From Candidatus Saccharimonadota bacterium (GTDB lineage Bacteria > Patescibacteriota > Saccharimonadia > Saccharimonadales > Saccharimonadaceae): a stretch of DNA of 64,000 nt. The position numbers were made by a program, and so were the translations under genes. The first letter of the stretch is position 1. Each line of letters starts with the position of its first letter. The stretch covers positions 5,594-69,593 of the forward strand of contig JAEEKR010000036.1 in NCBI GenBank assembly GCA_016282495.1, written 5' to 3'. Of the stretch, positions 20,033-29,787 are shown piece after piece. The notes below the pieces were generated by a model that worked only from the letters and a program-made list of their open reading frames with translations, had not been told where the DNA came from and ran no database searches.

Positions 20033-22351
20033 ATGAAAAAGTTGGCGATTATTGATGGGAAAAGTGTTTATTATCGGGGGTATTATGCGATGGGGGCGCT
20101 ATCTACTAAAGATGGTACGCCAACAGGGGGAGTTTATGGTTTTGCAGCGATTGCGATGGAGCTAATTCGCAGGATTAAACCAGATGTAGTGGTGGTGGCG
20201 TGGGATTCTAAAACTTCTACGGCTAAGAGAAAAGAGATCTTTGCGGATTATAAGGCGGGAAGAGTTAAACCGCCAGAGGATTTTTATGCGCAAATACCGC
20301 TTTTAAAGGAGCTGGTGGAGGCGCTTAATTGGAATTTTGTCGAATGCGATAATTATGAAGCAGATGATATTATTGGGACTTTATCGAAACAAGCAGATGA
20401 TTTAAAGACTTGGGATTCATATATTATCTCATCAGATCTTGATATGTTGCAGGTGGTGGATGATAATACGAGGATGTACCGCCTTTTAAAGGGGTTCTCG
20501 GAGCTTGAAGAGGTGGATGTAGCAGCAGTAGAGAAGAAATATGGCATTTTAAAAAGGCAGTTTTTGGATTTGAAGGCGCTTAAAGGAGATAATTCGGATA
20601 ATATTCCAGGGGTGCCTGGGATCGGCGAAAAGGGTGCGGTGAAGCTTTTGAATGAGTTTAATGATCTTGATGGTATATATGCCAATATCGATAAAATTAC
20701 CGGTTCTACAAGGAAGAAATTAGAAGAGGGGAAAGACTCGGCCTACATGTCTAGAGAGCTTGCTAAAATTATGTTTGATGCGCCGGTGAAGCTCGATGAG
20801 ATGAAAGATTTTGTATTAGACGAAGAGAGGGTGGTGAATGCGCTAAAGAAGTTAGAATTTTATTCGCTGATTTCTAAATTTGGGTTTAGCTTTAGTGCGG
20901 GGAGGGAAGAAAAAGTTGAGATGAAGGATTTACCAAAAGATACGGTGGTGGCATGGGACATAAAAGATTTAATGCATAAGGATAAAAAGGTTGCGACTCA
21001 GATTTTGATGGGAGAAAAGTTTTGGGATCTTGGACAAGGAAAGTTTTTGCTTGACCCGCTGGATAGAAACAAAGATTTTGAAGATGAGAAGGCTGAATAC
21101 TCCCGTGAGGTGAATGAGTTTGAAAAAGACCAAAACTTGTACAAAATTTTTAAAGATTTTGATTTACCTTTGATCCCTGTACTTTACAAGATGGAAAAGG
21201 TAGGGATGTTGATTGACGTTAAATATTTTATGCAGCTGAAGACCGAATTTGAAACAAAAGTAAAAGAGTTGGAAGAGAAAGTCTGGGAACTTTCTGGCAA
21301 GACTTTTAATGTGAATTCGCCAGTGCAGCTTTCGGGAGTATTATTTGGCGATCTTGGTCTTTCTACAAAGGGCGTAAAAAAGACCGCCAGAGGATATTCT
21401 ACTGGGGCGAAAGAACTAGATAGATTAAAGGGTGAGCATCCAGTGATCGAGGTGTTGATAGAATATCGCGAGACGGCAAAATTATTATCGACATATATTG
21501 TGCCAATGCTGGAACTTAAAGACGAAAATGATCGAATTCATACGACATTCACTCAGAACGTTACAGCTACGGGGAGATTGTCTTCTTTATCGCCAAATCT
21601 GCAGAATATCCCGGTGCGCACAGAGGAGGGGAAGAGAATTAGAGGAGGCTTTGTAGCTGGAAAGGGTAAAAAGCTAGTTTCGGCGGATTACTCGCAGTTT
21701 GAATTAAGGCTCGCGGCTGTGTTATCTGATGATAAAAACCTGATTTCTGACTTTAATGCTGGTATTGATATTCATACTAAGACGGCTTCTGAGGCATTTG
21801 GTGTGCCGTTTGATAAGGTGACAAAAGCCCAGAGGCGTGCAGCAAAGGTGATTAACTTCGGTGTACTTTATGGGATGAGCGCAAAAGGTTTGGCGGACGC
21901 AGCAGATATGACAGTGCCACAGGCAAGAGAATTTATTGAGCGATATTTTGAACTTCGAAAACCAATGAAGTTAAAACTTGAGGAGATTTTGAAAGAAGCA
22001 AGAGAAAAGGGATTTGTACAGACATTTTATGGCCGAAAACGTCCAACGCCAGATGTGAAATCAAGTAATTTCTTGGTGCGAGCAGCGGCGGAAAGGGCGG
22101 CACAGAATATGCCGATTCAGGGAACTGAGGCGGATTTGATGAAGAAAGCGATGATTGAAGTAGATAAGAAGTTGCCATCTGGCGCGGATTTAATTATGCA
22201 GGTGCATGATTCGTTGATAGTCGAATGTGACGAGGCTTTAACGGATAAAGTTTCTGAGATTCTAAAGACAAGTATGGAGAATGTGGCGCCAGAACTTAAA
22301 ATTAGGCTTGCAGTTGATGTTTCGGTGGGGGATAATTGGGGAGAGTTGTAG
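20033..22351 (+). CDS. polA: DNA polymerase I (reduced 3'-5' exonuclease region)
   Basis: IDG...YRGYYA, EADDIIG, GDNSDNIPGVPGIG, TGRLSS..PNLQNIP, DYSQFELR, QVHDSL. Start reassigned to ATG 20033. Confidence 0.96.
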   Translation: MKKLAIIDGKSVYYRGYYAMGALSTKDGTPTGGVYGFAAIAMELIRRIKPDVVVVAWDSKTSTAKRKEIFADYKAGRVKPPEDFYAQIPLLKELVEALNWNFVECDNYEADDIIGTLSKQADDLKTWDSYIISSDLDMLQVVDDNTRMYRLLKGFSELEEVDVAAVEKKYGILKRQFLDLKALKGDNSDNIPGVPGIGEKGAVKLLNEFNDLDGIYANIDKITGSTRKKLEEGKDSAYMSRELAKIMFDAPVKLDEMKDFVLDEERVVNALKKLEFYSLISKFGFSFSAGREEKVEMKDLPKDTVVAWDIKDLMHKDKKVATQILMGEKFWDLGQGKFLLDPLDRNKDFEDEKAEYSREVNEFEKDQNLYKIFKDFDLPLIPVLYKMEKVGMLIDVKYFMQLKTEFETKVKELEEKVWELSGKTFNVNSPVQLSGVLFGDLGLSTKGVKKTARGYSTGAKELDRLKGEHPVIEVLIEYRETAKLLSTYIVPMLELKDENDRIHTTFTQNVTATGRLSSLSPNLQNIPVRTEEGKRIRGGFVAGKGKKLVSADYSQFELRLAAVLSDDKNLISDFNAGIDIHTKTASEAFGVPFDKVTKAQRRAAKVINFGVLYGMSAKGLADAADMTVPQAREFIERYFELRKPMKLKLEEILKEAREKGFVQTFYGRKRPTPDVKSSNFLVRAAAERAAQNMPIQGTEADLMKKAMIEVDKKLPSGADLIMQVHDSLIVECDEALTDKVSEILKTSMENVAPELKIRLAVDVSVGDNWGEL

Positions 22352-22387
22352 TAGCAACGTGTGTTTACTGCACAAGTTGGAGGTAAA

Positions 22388-23377
22388 ATGGACAAGGAAA
22401 AACAGATAGAAATTTATAAAATCCAAAATGGTGAAGTGGTTTTTGATGTTGATCAAAACAAAGAAACCATTTGGGCCTCAGAAGAACAAATCGCGAAACT
22501 ATTTAGTGTGGATCGTTCGGTGATAAATCGCCATATTCGCAATATTTATAGAGATGGAGAACTAGAAGAGGCGGCAACATGTGCAAAAAATGCACAAGTT
22601 CGACTAGAGGGGAACCGCCCGGTTTCACGCGTGGTGAAATCTTATAATCTAGACGTGATTATTTCGGTGGGATATAGAGTAAATTCTAGAAAAGCAACGG
22701 ATTTTCGTATTTGGGCGACCAAAGTTCTTAAAAATTATGTGGTGGATGGTGCGGCTATTAATAGACAGAGACTTGAGGAGCTACCAGCGAAGAAATTGCA
22801 CGAAATTGAAGGTGCGCTTGGTGTGGTGAAAAGATTGATTTCTAGAAATGAACTTTCGGCAGCGGAGGCGAATGGGGTGCTTGAAGTTATTTCAAAGTAT
22901 CACAGTAGCTTTAAAGCTTTGGAAGAATACGATGCTGGACACATTGTTTTTAAGAAGTCGAAAAAGGCAGACAAGCTTCTAGATGAAGGGCAGTGTCTAA
23001 AGATCGTAGAAGAGCTTAAAAAGAGTGCAAAAGGGGATACCTATTTTGGCAAATTAAGGGGTGATTCGTTTGGTGCTAGCCTTGGTGCGATTTATCAAAC
23101 TTTTGAGGGGAAAGACGTATATAAAACTGTGGCAGAAAAGGCGGCGAATCTGCTTTATTTTGTGATAAAAGACCACCCGTTTTATGATGGGAACAAGAGG
23201 ATCGGGGCGCTGCTCTTTATCGTATTTTTGACGATTAATGATTTTCATTTGGCGGATAATGGTGAAACAAAGATTTCAGATCGAGCTTTGACGGCTCTTG
23301 CGCTTTTGATTGCTGAAAGCGAGCCAGAGGAAAAAGAGCTGATCGTGTCGTTAATTTGTAAGATGTTGGAGGACTGA
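22388..23377 (+). CDS. RhuM-family N-terminal domain fused to Fic/Doc domain
   Basis: YNLDVIISVGYRVNS..AT.FR.WAT and Fic motif HPFYDGNKR. SD GGAGG precedes ATG 22388. Confidence 0.9.
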   Translation: MDKEKQIEIYKIQNGEVVFDVDQNKETIWASEEQIAKLFSVDRSVINRHIRNIYRDGELEEAATCAKNAQVRLEGNRPVSRVVKSYNLDVIISVGYRVNSRKATDFRIWATKVLKNYVVDGAAINRQRLEELPAKKLHEIEGALGVVKRLISRNELSAAEANGVLEVISKYHSSFKALEEYDAGHIVFKKSKKADKLLDEGQCLKIVEELKKSAKGDTYFGKLRGDSFGASLGAIYQTFEGKDVYKTVAEKAANLLYFVIKDHPFYDGNKRIGALLFIVFLTINDFHLADNGETKISDRALTALALLIAESEPEEKELIVSLICKMLED

Positions 23378-24222
23378 TGCCGGAACTACCTGAAGTAGAA
23401 ACGATTCGGCGTGGGCTTTCGGAATTCATCCTAGAGAAGAAAATTATGGGGGTGGAGGTTTTTTGTGAAAAAAGCTGGATTGGGCCAAAGGAGATTTCGG
23501 CGAAGGTCAAAGAACTAAGACGGTTTGGAAAGGCCCTAATTATTGATCTTGATAATGGGAAATCTTTGATGGTACATCTTAGAATGACGGGGCAGATGAT
23601 TTGGCAGGGTGAAAAAAGATATGCGGCAGGTCATCCGAGTGAGAACTTTACGGCGGAACTACCGAATAAACAAACGCGGGTAGTGTTTGAGTTTGAGAAT
23701 GGCAAGTTATTTTTTAACGACCAAAGGAAATTTGGGTTTATTAAAGTGCTCGAAACGGCAGAAGTGGAAAAAGAGCCGTTTATTATGAGTCTTGCAAAAG
23801 AGCCTTGGCAGATGTCCAAGAGTGAGTTATTTGAAATTATGCAGAGGCATAAGAATTCGCCGGTGAAAGCAGTGATTTTGGATCAAAAAAATATTGCGGG
23901 GCTCGGAAATATTTATGCCGACGAGGCTTTGTACTATGCAAAAGTTCATCCAGAAACTCGGGCAGGGAAGCTAAACGAAAAGGAAGTGGGACTGATTCTT
24001 GAGGGGGCGAGGAAAGTAATGACGGCTTCGATTGATTCGGGTGGCTCGACTATGGCGACTTATGTAAAAGCGGATGGAACAAAGGGTGATTATCTTGAAA
24101 AATTTGCGCAAGTTTTTCGTCGTGAAGGGCAAAAATGTGGACGTTGCGGAGGCAAAATTGTTAAAATAAGAGTAGCAGGGCGGGGAACACATATTTGTCC
24201 AAAGTGTCAGGAGAAGAAATGA
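23377..24222 (+). CDS. mutM: Formamidopyrimidine-DNA glycosylase
   Basis: MPELPEVE, HLRMTG, GLGNIYADE, C-terminal CGRC..CPKCQ. Confidence 0.97.
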   Translation: MPELPEVETIRRGLSEFILEKKIMGVEVFCEKSWIGPKEISAKVKELRRFGKALIIDLDNGKSLMVHLRMTGQMIWQGEKRYAAGHPSENFTAELPNKQTRVVFEFENGKLFFNDQRKFGFIKVLETAEVEKEPFIMSLAKEPWQMSKSELFEIMQRHKNSPVKAVILDQKNIAGLGNIYADEALYYAKVHPETRAGKLNEKEVGLILEGARKVMTASIDSGGSTMATYVKADGTKGDYLEKFAQVFRREGQKCGRCGGKIVKIRVAGRGTHICPKCQEKK

Positions 24223-24830
24223 TACAGATTTTTTATGGAGATGATAGAGTAAAAACCGAAAAAGCCATCAAAATGGTTTTTGGTGATGATTATGAAGTTT
24301 TTGAAGGCGAAAATCTGACGCTTAATGCACTAACTAGTATTTTTATGGGCGCGTCGCTTTTCTCCGAAAAACGTAAAGTTTTGATTAAAGATTTGGGTGA
24401 GAACGCGGAATTATTTAAGAGATTGCCGGACTTTGTTAATACTGAAAACGAGGTGATTCTTTGGGAATCGAAATTAGACAAGCGTACTACAACTTATAAG
24501 GCGCTTGGCAAAAGCAAGATAAAAACTAAAGAATTTAAACTAGAAGAGAATGTTGATAAAAAGTTGGTGCTTGATGTTTTTGGTACGGCTTTTTATAACG
24601 GCGAAAAAGCAGTGAGGATGGTTGAAAAAGTTAAAAACGAACAAGATCCATATATGTTTTTTGGACTGATGGTTAGTCAGGCGGTTTCGAGATTTGAAAG
24701 AAATCCAAACGGCGCAAAAGAAAAGAGAGTTCTTAAAGAACTCTCTAATATCGATATGAAGATGAGAACTACTTCTTCTCAGCCTTGGCTTTTGATACAG
24801 TCTTTTTTGCTGCAGGTTTCTTCGCTGTAG
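24219..24830 (+). CDS. holA: Short DNA polymerase III delta subunit-like protein
   Basis: IFYGDD start, SLFSEKR.V, and C-terminal L..ID..M.T....W..I..FL. Adjacent to rpsT, as is usual for holA. Confidence 0.65.
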   Translation: MIQIFYGDDRVKTEKAIKMVFGDDYEVFEGENLTLNALTSIFMGASLFSEKRKVLIKDLGENAELFKRLPDFVNTENEVILWESKLDKRTTTYKALGKSKIKTKEFKLEENVDKKLVLDVFGTAFYNGEKAVRMVEKVKNEQDPYMFFGLMVSQAVSRFERNPNGAKEKRVLKELSNIDMKMRTTSSQPWLLIQSFLLQVSSL

Positions 24831-25188
24831 CAGCTTTGGCGGCTGGTTTTTTGGCTGGAGCTTTAGTTGCAGGAGCTTTTTTGGCAGCTGGTTTTGCTGC
24901 AGGTTTGGCGGCTGGTTTTGCGATTTTTGCGGTTTTGGCAAGAGGCTTGCCAGTGGCTTTAGCGATTTTAACTAGAGCAGCTTTGCGGCGAGCAGCAGTG
25001 TTTTTCTTGATGAGGCCTTTTTTGACGGCTTTGTCGTATTCGGACTGAGCTTTGGCTAGATTTTCCTGAGTTGGTTTAGCTTTGAAAGCTTTAAAAGCAG
25101 CCTTGATGGCTTTTTTGATTTGCTCGTTTTTCTTGTTGCGTTTGACAGATTGGCGAGCAGCCTTTTTGGCAGATTTGATAATCGGCAT
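24769..25188 (-). CDS. rpsT: 30S ribosomal protein S20 with Ala/Lys/Pro-rich C-terminal extension
   Basis: MPIIKSAKKAARQ, DKAVKKGLIKKNTAARRKA. Confidence 0.95.
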   Translation of the reverse strand: MPIIKSAKKAARQSVKRNKKNEQIKKAIKAAFKAFKAKPTQENLAKAQSEYDKAVKKGLIKKNTAARRKAALVKIAKATGKPLAKTAKIAKPAAKPAAKPAAKKAPATKAPAKKPAAKAATAKKPAAKKTVSKAKAEKK

Positions 25189-25347
25189 TAGTTTTCCTAT
25201 AAAAAATTAAATTATTTAATAACTTTTTGCGATTATACATCATATTATCAAAAAAGTAAAGCACGCCAAGATAAGAAAAAGATAAATTGGGCTTGCATTT
25301 TTAAAATACTTATGATAATATAGGGGTGTAAACTGGTAAAAATAAAA

Positions 25348-27078
25348 ATGGCAGAACAAAAAACAGAACAAAAACCTAATATTTCTGAAAAAATTATTTC
25401 TCAGATTAATGGTGCTGAAAATATTTTGGTTGCACTTACAAGCGACCCATCAGTAGATGAAATTTCGGCGGCGCTTGGTTTAACTTTGTTCTTAGATAAA
25501 ATGGGGAAGCATGCCACGGCGATTTATTCTGGGACAACGCCAAATGTTTTGGAATTCTTGCAACCAGAAAAAACTTTTGAACCTAATACGAATAGTTTGC
25601 AAGATTTTATTATTGCTCTTAGTAAAGAGAAGGCTGACCATCTTCGCTATAAAGTAGATGGTGATTTTGTAAAGATTTATATTACGCCTTATCGTACAAC
25701 TTTGTCTGAATCTGATCTTGAGTTTTCGCATGGTGATTTTAATGTCGATCTTATAATTGCGCTTAATGTAATGGCAGCAACCGATCTTGATGGAGCACTT
25801 AGGGAGCATGGCAGAATTATGCATGATGCTATGTCAATTAACCTTACAACTAACCCTCCTGGAAAATTTGGTGAAATTGAATGGAGTAACGTGGCAGCCA
25901 GTTCCGTGTCTGAAATGGCTGCAGAACTTGCATATGCGCTAAACGATAAAGTTGAAATGGAAAAAGAAACGGCTACGGCATTCCTGACTGGTATCGTAGC
26001 TTCTACGAACCGTTTTTCTAATGAAAGAACAAGTAGTGATACGATGATTGTTGCGGCAAAATTGATGGGATCAGGTGCGGATCCGCAACTAATTGCAGCA
26101 AATTTGACTGGCGACGAATCAACAAAAAGAGTGAATGGATATGTAAAGACAGGGAATAGTGGTCAGGTTATCTCGAAAGATGAAGCGCCGTCTCAGACTG
26201 AGACAAATGATGGAAGCATGACTATTGAAAGAGGGGCACAGGAACAAGCCGCCGATAACGGTCTAGACATAAGAGGTGGGAATGCACCTGAAGCGAGTGC
26301 GCCTAGCCGGCCAACTCCAGAAGAGGACCAATTGGCTCAAGTTGCAGAATCGTTGCAGGCTTTTGCGGCACCAACTAGTGGAATGACTGCTCCTGAGCCA
26401 ACAAATCAGATGAGTATTGAAGGACCTGCTGCTGAGCCAGTAGCTCCGGCTGCTCCTGTTACTGAAACTGGTGAAAAAGATTACGCTAAGATGATCGACG
26501 AGGCTTTGGCTGAGCCACTTCCAGGTGATGTAGTGCAACAACCAGAGCAAGTTCAGGCTGCTGATGCTAGCACAGCGCAGTCGATTGCGGTTTCGCCAAT
26601 GAACACCGTGGGCGGAAATCCGGCAGCTTCGATGGCTCCTGAGGTGCCAGCGAGCCCAGAAGTAAATAATGTTCCAGAAATCCCTTATGATAATGGATTA
26701 GTTGATGGTGGGGCACAACCTGCAGCGATGGGGAATGATTCTTATCTTGTAGAAACACCTAAGACAGTTTTGCAACCTCCAACGGAAGCAACTCTACCAA
26801 TGCCGGATAATAATATGGCTCCACCACCTCCACCACCTGTTGATTTTGCTGCAGCTCAGCCAATGACAGCTCCAATCGAACAGCCTATGGCTACAATGCC
26901 AGCTCCGCAACCGGTGATGGATCAACCGATAGCTCAACCAATGGCGGCGCAACCACAGATGGTAGGTGGAATGCCAGCTTTACCGCAAGTCCAGGCAGCG
27001 CCACAGCCAGCTCCAGAAGTGCAAGCTCAGCCACAACCAGTGCCTGATGCAGGTGCGTTTCAGATACCTGGGATGTAA
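25348..27078 (+). CDS. Degenerate DHH/NrnA-like phosphoesterase domain with long Pro/Ala/Gln-rich tail
   Basis: DPSVD....LGL, SSVSEM and AT.FLTGIV..TNRFSN..T are DHH-like, but the catalytic DHH is absent. Confidence 0.65.
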   Translation: MAEQKTEQKPNISEKIISQINGAENILVALTSDPSVDEISAALGLTLFLDKMGKHATAIYSGTTPNVLEFLQPEKTFEPNTNSLQDFIIALSKEKADHLRYKVDGDFVKIYITPYRTTLSESDLEFSHGDFNVDLIIALNVMAATDLDGALREHGRIMHDAMSINLTTNPPGKFGEIEWSNVAASSVSEMAAELAYALNDKVEMEKETATAFLTGIVASTNRFSNERTSSDTMIVAAKLMGSGADPQLIAANLTGDESTKRVNGYVKTGNSGQVISKDEAPSQTETNDGSMTIERGAQEQAADNGLDIRGGNAPEASAPSRPTPEEDQLAQVAESLQAFAAPTSGMTAPEPTNQMSIEGPAAEPVAPAAPVTETGEKDYAKMIDEALAEPLPGDVVQQPEQVQAADASTAQSIAVSPMNTVGGNPAASMAPEVPASPEVNNVPEIPYDNGLVDGGAQPAAMGNDSYLVETPKTVLQPPTEATLPMPDNNMAPPPPPPVDFAAAQPMTAPIEQPMATMPAPQPVMDQPIAQPMAAQPQMVGGMPALPQVQAAPQPAPEVQAQPQPVPDAGAFQIPGM

Positions 27079-27090
27079 TATATAAGATTT

Positions 27091-27194
27091 AATGAATATA
27101 ATTCTCGTCGTCGCGTCCTCGCGGCCCATCTTCATGGGCGCTCGGCGCTAATCCTCGGCAGCAGCCTCCGGAATGCGACGAGAATTAATTCATT
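27091..27194. repeat. Intergenic palindromic element, same family as the tsaD insert
   Basis: IR AATGAATATAATTCTCGTCG / CGACGAGAATTAATTCATT and internal CCCAT-CTTC-ATGGG hairpin. Confidence 0.75.
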
Positions 27195-27219
27195 CAAACT
27201 TCTCTGGTATAATTGAGAT

Positions 27220-27879
27220 ATGGATGAAGATTTTTTGTTGATCGATAAGCCGGCGGGAATGACGTCGTTTGGTGTGGTGGCGCGAGTAAGAAGAGTTTTA
27301 TCCGAGAAGGCTGGGCACAAAGTGAAAGTGGGGCATACAGGGACACTTGATCCGTTTGCGACCGGGCTTTTAATTCTTCTTATCGGGAAGGGGACTAAGT
27401 GCTCAAATGAGTTTTTGAAGCTTGACAAGTGGTATGAGGCGACGATTCGGCTTGGCGCAACTTCTTCAACCGGTGACCCTGAAGGAGAGATTACGGCTAC
27501 GAAAGATATTATAGAACCTAGCAGTTCGGAAATTGAGAAGGTAGTACAGAGTTTTGTGGGGGAGATTGAACAGAGAGTGCCAAACTTTTCGGCGGTGAAG
27601 ATTGACGGCGAGAGGGCTTATAAATTGGCGAGAAAAGGGGTGGAAGTGGAGATGCCAGCCAGGAAAGTGCAGGTTTTTCAGATTGATATTTTGGAATATA
27701 AATGGCCGGAGCTAAAGATTCGTTGTCATGTTTCGAGTGGGACATATATTAGAACGCTGGGAGAGGACATTGGCAAATCTTTAGGTGTTGGTGGGTACTT
27801 AACTGAGCTTCGTCGTATAAAGGTGGGAAAATATGATGTAAAAGATGCGGTGAAATTAGACGATTTTATGCTATTATAA
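27220..27879 (+). CDS. truB: tRNA pseudouridine(55) synthase
   Basis: DKPAGMTS, KVGHTGTLDPFATG, SSGTYIR. Confidence 0.96.
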   Translation: MDEDFLLIDKPAGMTSFGVVARVRRVLSEKAGHKVKVGHTGTLDPFATGLLILLIGKGTKCSNEFLKLDKWYEATIRLGATSSTGDPEGEITATKDIIEPSSSEIEKVVQSFVGEIEQRVPNFSAVKIDGERAYKLARKGVEVEMPARKVQVFQIDILEYKWPELKIRCHVSSGTYIRTLGEDIGKSLGVGGYLTELRRIKVGKYDVKDAVKLDDFMLL

Positions 27880-27913
27880 ACATAAGTATTTAATAAATGG
27901 GAAAGGAATTTTT

Positions 27914-28777
27914 ATGGAGCCAGAAATGGTATTACAAGAGCCAGTAATAGAGCTGGGGAAACAAAGGAAAAGTAAAGCACCTATTGTGGCGACAATCTGC
28001 GCTATTTTGGCACTAGCTGGCATAGGGTTTGGCGTGTATGGACTGATGCAAAATAGTAATAAAAATATTGATAACCTTAAGATTGAGATTGAAAATAGCG
28101 ATGGTACAAAAACAGAGCTAGAAACAGATAAAATTAGTATTTCGAACGATAATAGCACCATTACGATTAAAGATGGTAAGGTAGGAGACTATACGGTTTA
28201 TAGATATTTAGTGGATAGGTATGTGCTTGCGAGTGGCTTTTTTAATCGCGACACCGTTGTAAAAGCACTTGAAGGAGATTTCAATAATGCGAATTATGAA
28301 GCGCTTGTGACTATTGGCTCTCCTGCGGGCGAGGCTATCGCGCCTGCCGAATTAAAAGAAGGAGTTAAAAAGTATTTTGGTAAGGATTCTTTCGATTACG
28401 ATACATTTAGTTTGGGTTGCATTGAATACAAACTTGATAATAGGTATTATCGTAGTTATGCTGGGGGATGTGGAAGCCCTGCGCGTGTATGGTCAGTTTA
28501 TTCAATAGACAAAGTTGAAGAAAAAGACAAAGTTTTAAGTGTAGAGATTTCTTATGCTTCGGCTATTGATGGGCCAGAAAATGACTCTTGCTTCGTCTCT
28601 TTAGGCGGGGATATTTATAAAGAGAATATAGATTGTAATGAAGCTGGGGCTGAAGTAGCAAAAGAAAAAGCGGAAAAGTATTTTTATGAGCATTCAGATG
28701 AATTTGATCATTATACTTTAACATTTAAGAAGGGTGACAGGAATTATTATTTGACTGGAATGGGAAAAGCTGAATAG
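27914..28777 (+). CDS. Hypothetical membrane-anchored surface protein
   Basis: N-terminal TM helix and a Cys-containing ectodomain. Confidence 0.75.
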   Translation: MEPEMVLQEPVIELGKQRKSKAPIVATICAILALAGIGFGVYGLMQNSNKNIDNLKIEIENSDGTKTELETDKISISNDNSTITIKDGKVGDYTVYRYLVDRYVLASGFFNRDTVVKALEGDFNNANYEALVTIGSPAGEAIAPAELKEGVKKYFGKDSFDYDTFSLGCIEYKLDNRYYRSYAGGCGSPARVWSVYSIDKVEEKDKVLSVEISYASAIDGPENDSCFVSLGGDIYKENIDCNEAGAEVAKEKAEKYFYEHSDEFDHYTLTFKKGDRNYYLTGMGKAE

Positions 28778-28830
28778 TCTTTCCTAGAGACGTATTGAAG
28801 TTTTCCTAGAGATGTGATATAATCGCCGCT

Positions 28831-29097
28831 ATGATAACAAAAGAGAATAAAGCAAAAGCTATTGCCAAGGTTGCTCGTAACAAAGCAGACGTTGGTTCTC
28901 CTGAAGTTCAAGTGGCTATTCTCACAGAACGCATCAAAGAGGTGACGGAACATGTGAAGAATAATAAACATGACTTTATGGCTAAACGCGGACTTATCCA
29001 AATGGTAGGGAAGCGCAAGAAATTGCTAAAGTACCTTGAGGTCAACGACTTCGAAAAGTACAAAGCAACAGTAGCAAAGCTTGGACTAAGAAAATAA
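28831..29097 (+). CDS. rpsO: 30S ribosomal protein S15
   Basis: DVGSPEVQVAILTERI...HDF...RGL..MVGKR..LL.YL...LGLRK. Confidence 0.97.
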   Translation: MITKENKAKAIAKVARNKADVGSPEVQVAILTERIKEVTEHVKNNKHDFMAKRGLIQMVGKRKKLLKYLEVNDFEKYKATVAKLGLRK

Positions 29098-29103
29098 TAT
29101 TAG

Positions 29104-29128
29104 AAAAACCGCCTACGGGCGGTTTTTT
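29104..29128 (+). terminator. rpsO rho-independent terminator
   Basis: AAAAACCGCC-TACG-GGCGGTTTTTT. Confidence 0.85.
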
Positions 29129-29147
29129 GATGGCTTTAAAAGGGTTT

Positions 29148-29168
29148 GGGCCCCTCGGAGAGGGGCCC
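29148..29168 (-). terminator. Hairpin downstream of ORFan 29205-29588
   Basis: GGGCCCCTC-GGA-GAGGGGCCC. Confidence 0.55.
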
Positions 29169-29204
29169 TGTTGAAAAGGAATGAAATGAAAACAGTGGTG
29201 GAGT

Positions 29205-29588
29205 TTATGCTAAACCTACGACGTATTCGAGTTCGTCAAGGTACTCAGTGATGCGTTCTGCACAGAGCATTGACATCATCTGACAATACCTTGTTTCTGC
29301 TTTGCACAGAGCCTCGACATTCGTCGACGGTATCTTTACTTTGCCGGTGTTGGAAAAGAAAAAGTTAATCTTAGTGACGTTTCTATCGCCGTGTGTCTCA
29401 GGTCTTGAAACGCTATAAGCGACGCAGACGCCATTTTTCTTGATCAGCTCTTTTTTTGCTTTATGGCAGATGCGAATTAAGGGGTCTGGGCTATCTGGTT
29501 TGCCGTTCTTTTTAACAGGTGGAACTTCATCGATAGGGACTATGCCGTCGATGATAATTTCATTTTCGGTAGCTTGAATAATGCGCAT
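29205..29588 (-). CDS. Hypothetical protein (ORFan) between rpsO and pnp
   Basis: 127 aa with SD AAGGAG and its own promoter at 29654-29682. Confidence 0.7.
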   Translation of the reverse strand: MRIIQATENEIIIDGIVPIDEVPPVKKNGKPDSPDPLIRICHKAKKELIKKNGVCVAYSVSRPETHGDRNVTKINFFFSNTGKVKIPSTNVEALCKAETRYCQMMSMLCAERITEYLDELEYVVGLA

Positions 29589-29653
29589 TCTTCATTTCTC
29601 CTTATAATGTACTCTGACAACAGGGAATAATCAGGCCTGGAGCCAGTCTTTTT

Positions 29654-29682
29654 ATTATAGCATACTTTGGTGATTAAATCAA
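29654..29682 (-). promoter_or_regulatory. Sigma70 promoter TTGATT-17bp-TATAAT
   Basis: Minus strand reads TTGATT taatcaccaaagtatgc TATAAT. Confidence 0.7.
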
Positions 29683-29787
29683 TATGTGATATACTAATAG
29701 AGTAAATTAACATTGGGAAGACGGCAGATACAGATTACTTTTTGAAAGTGGCCTATATCTGAGGTTTTCCCAAGAGAAAGGTTTTTT

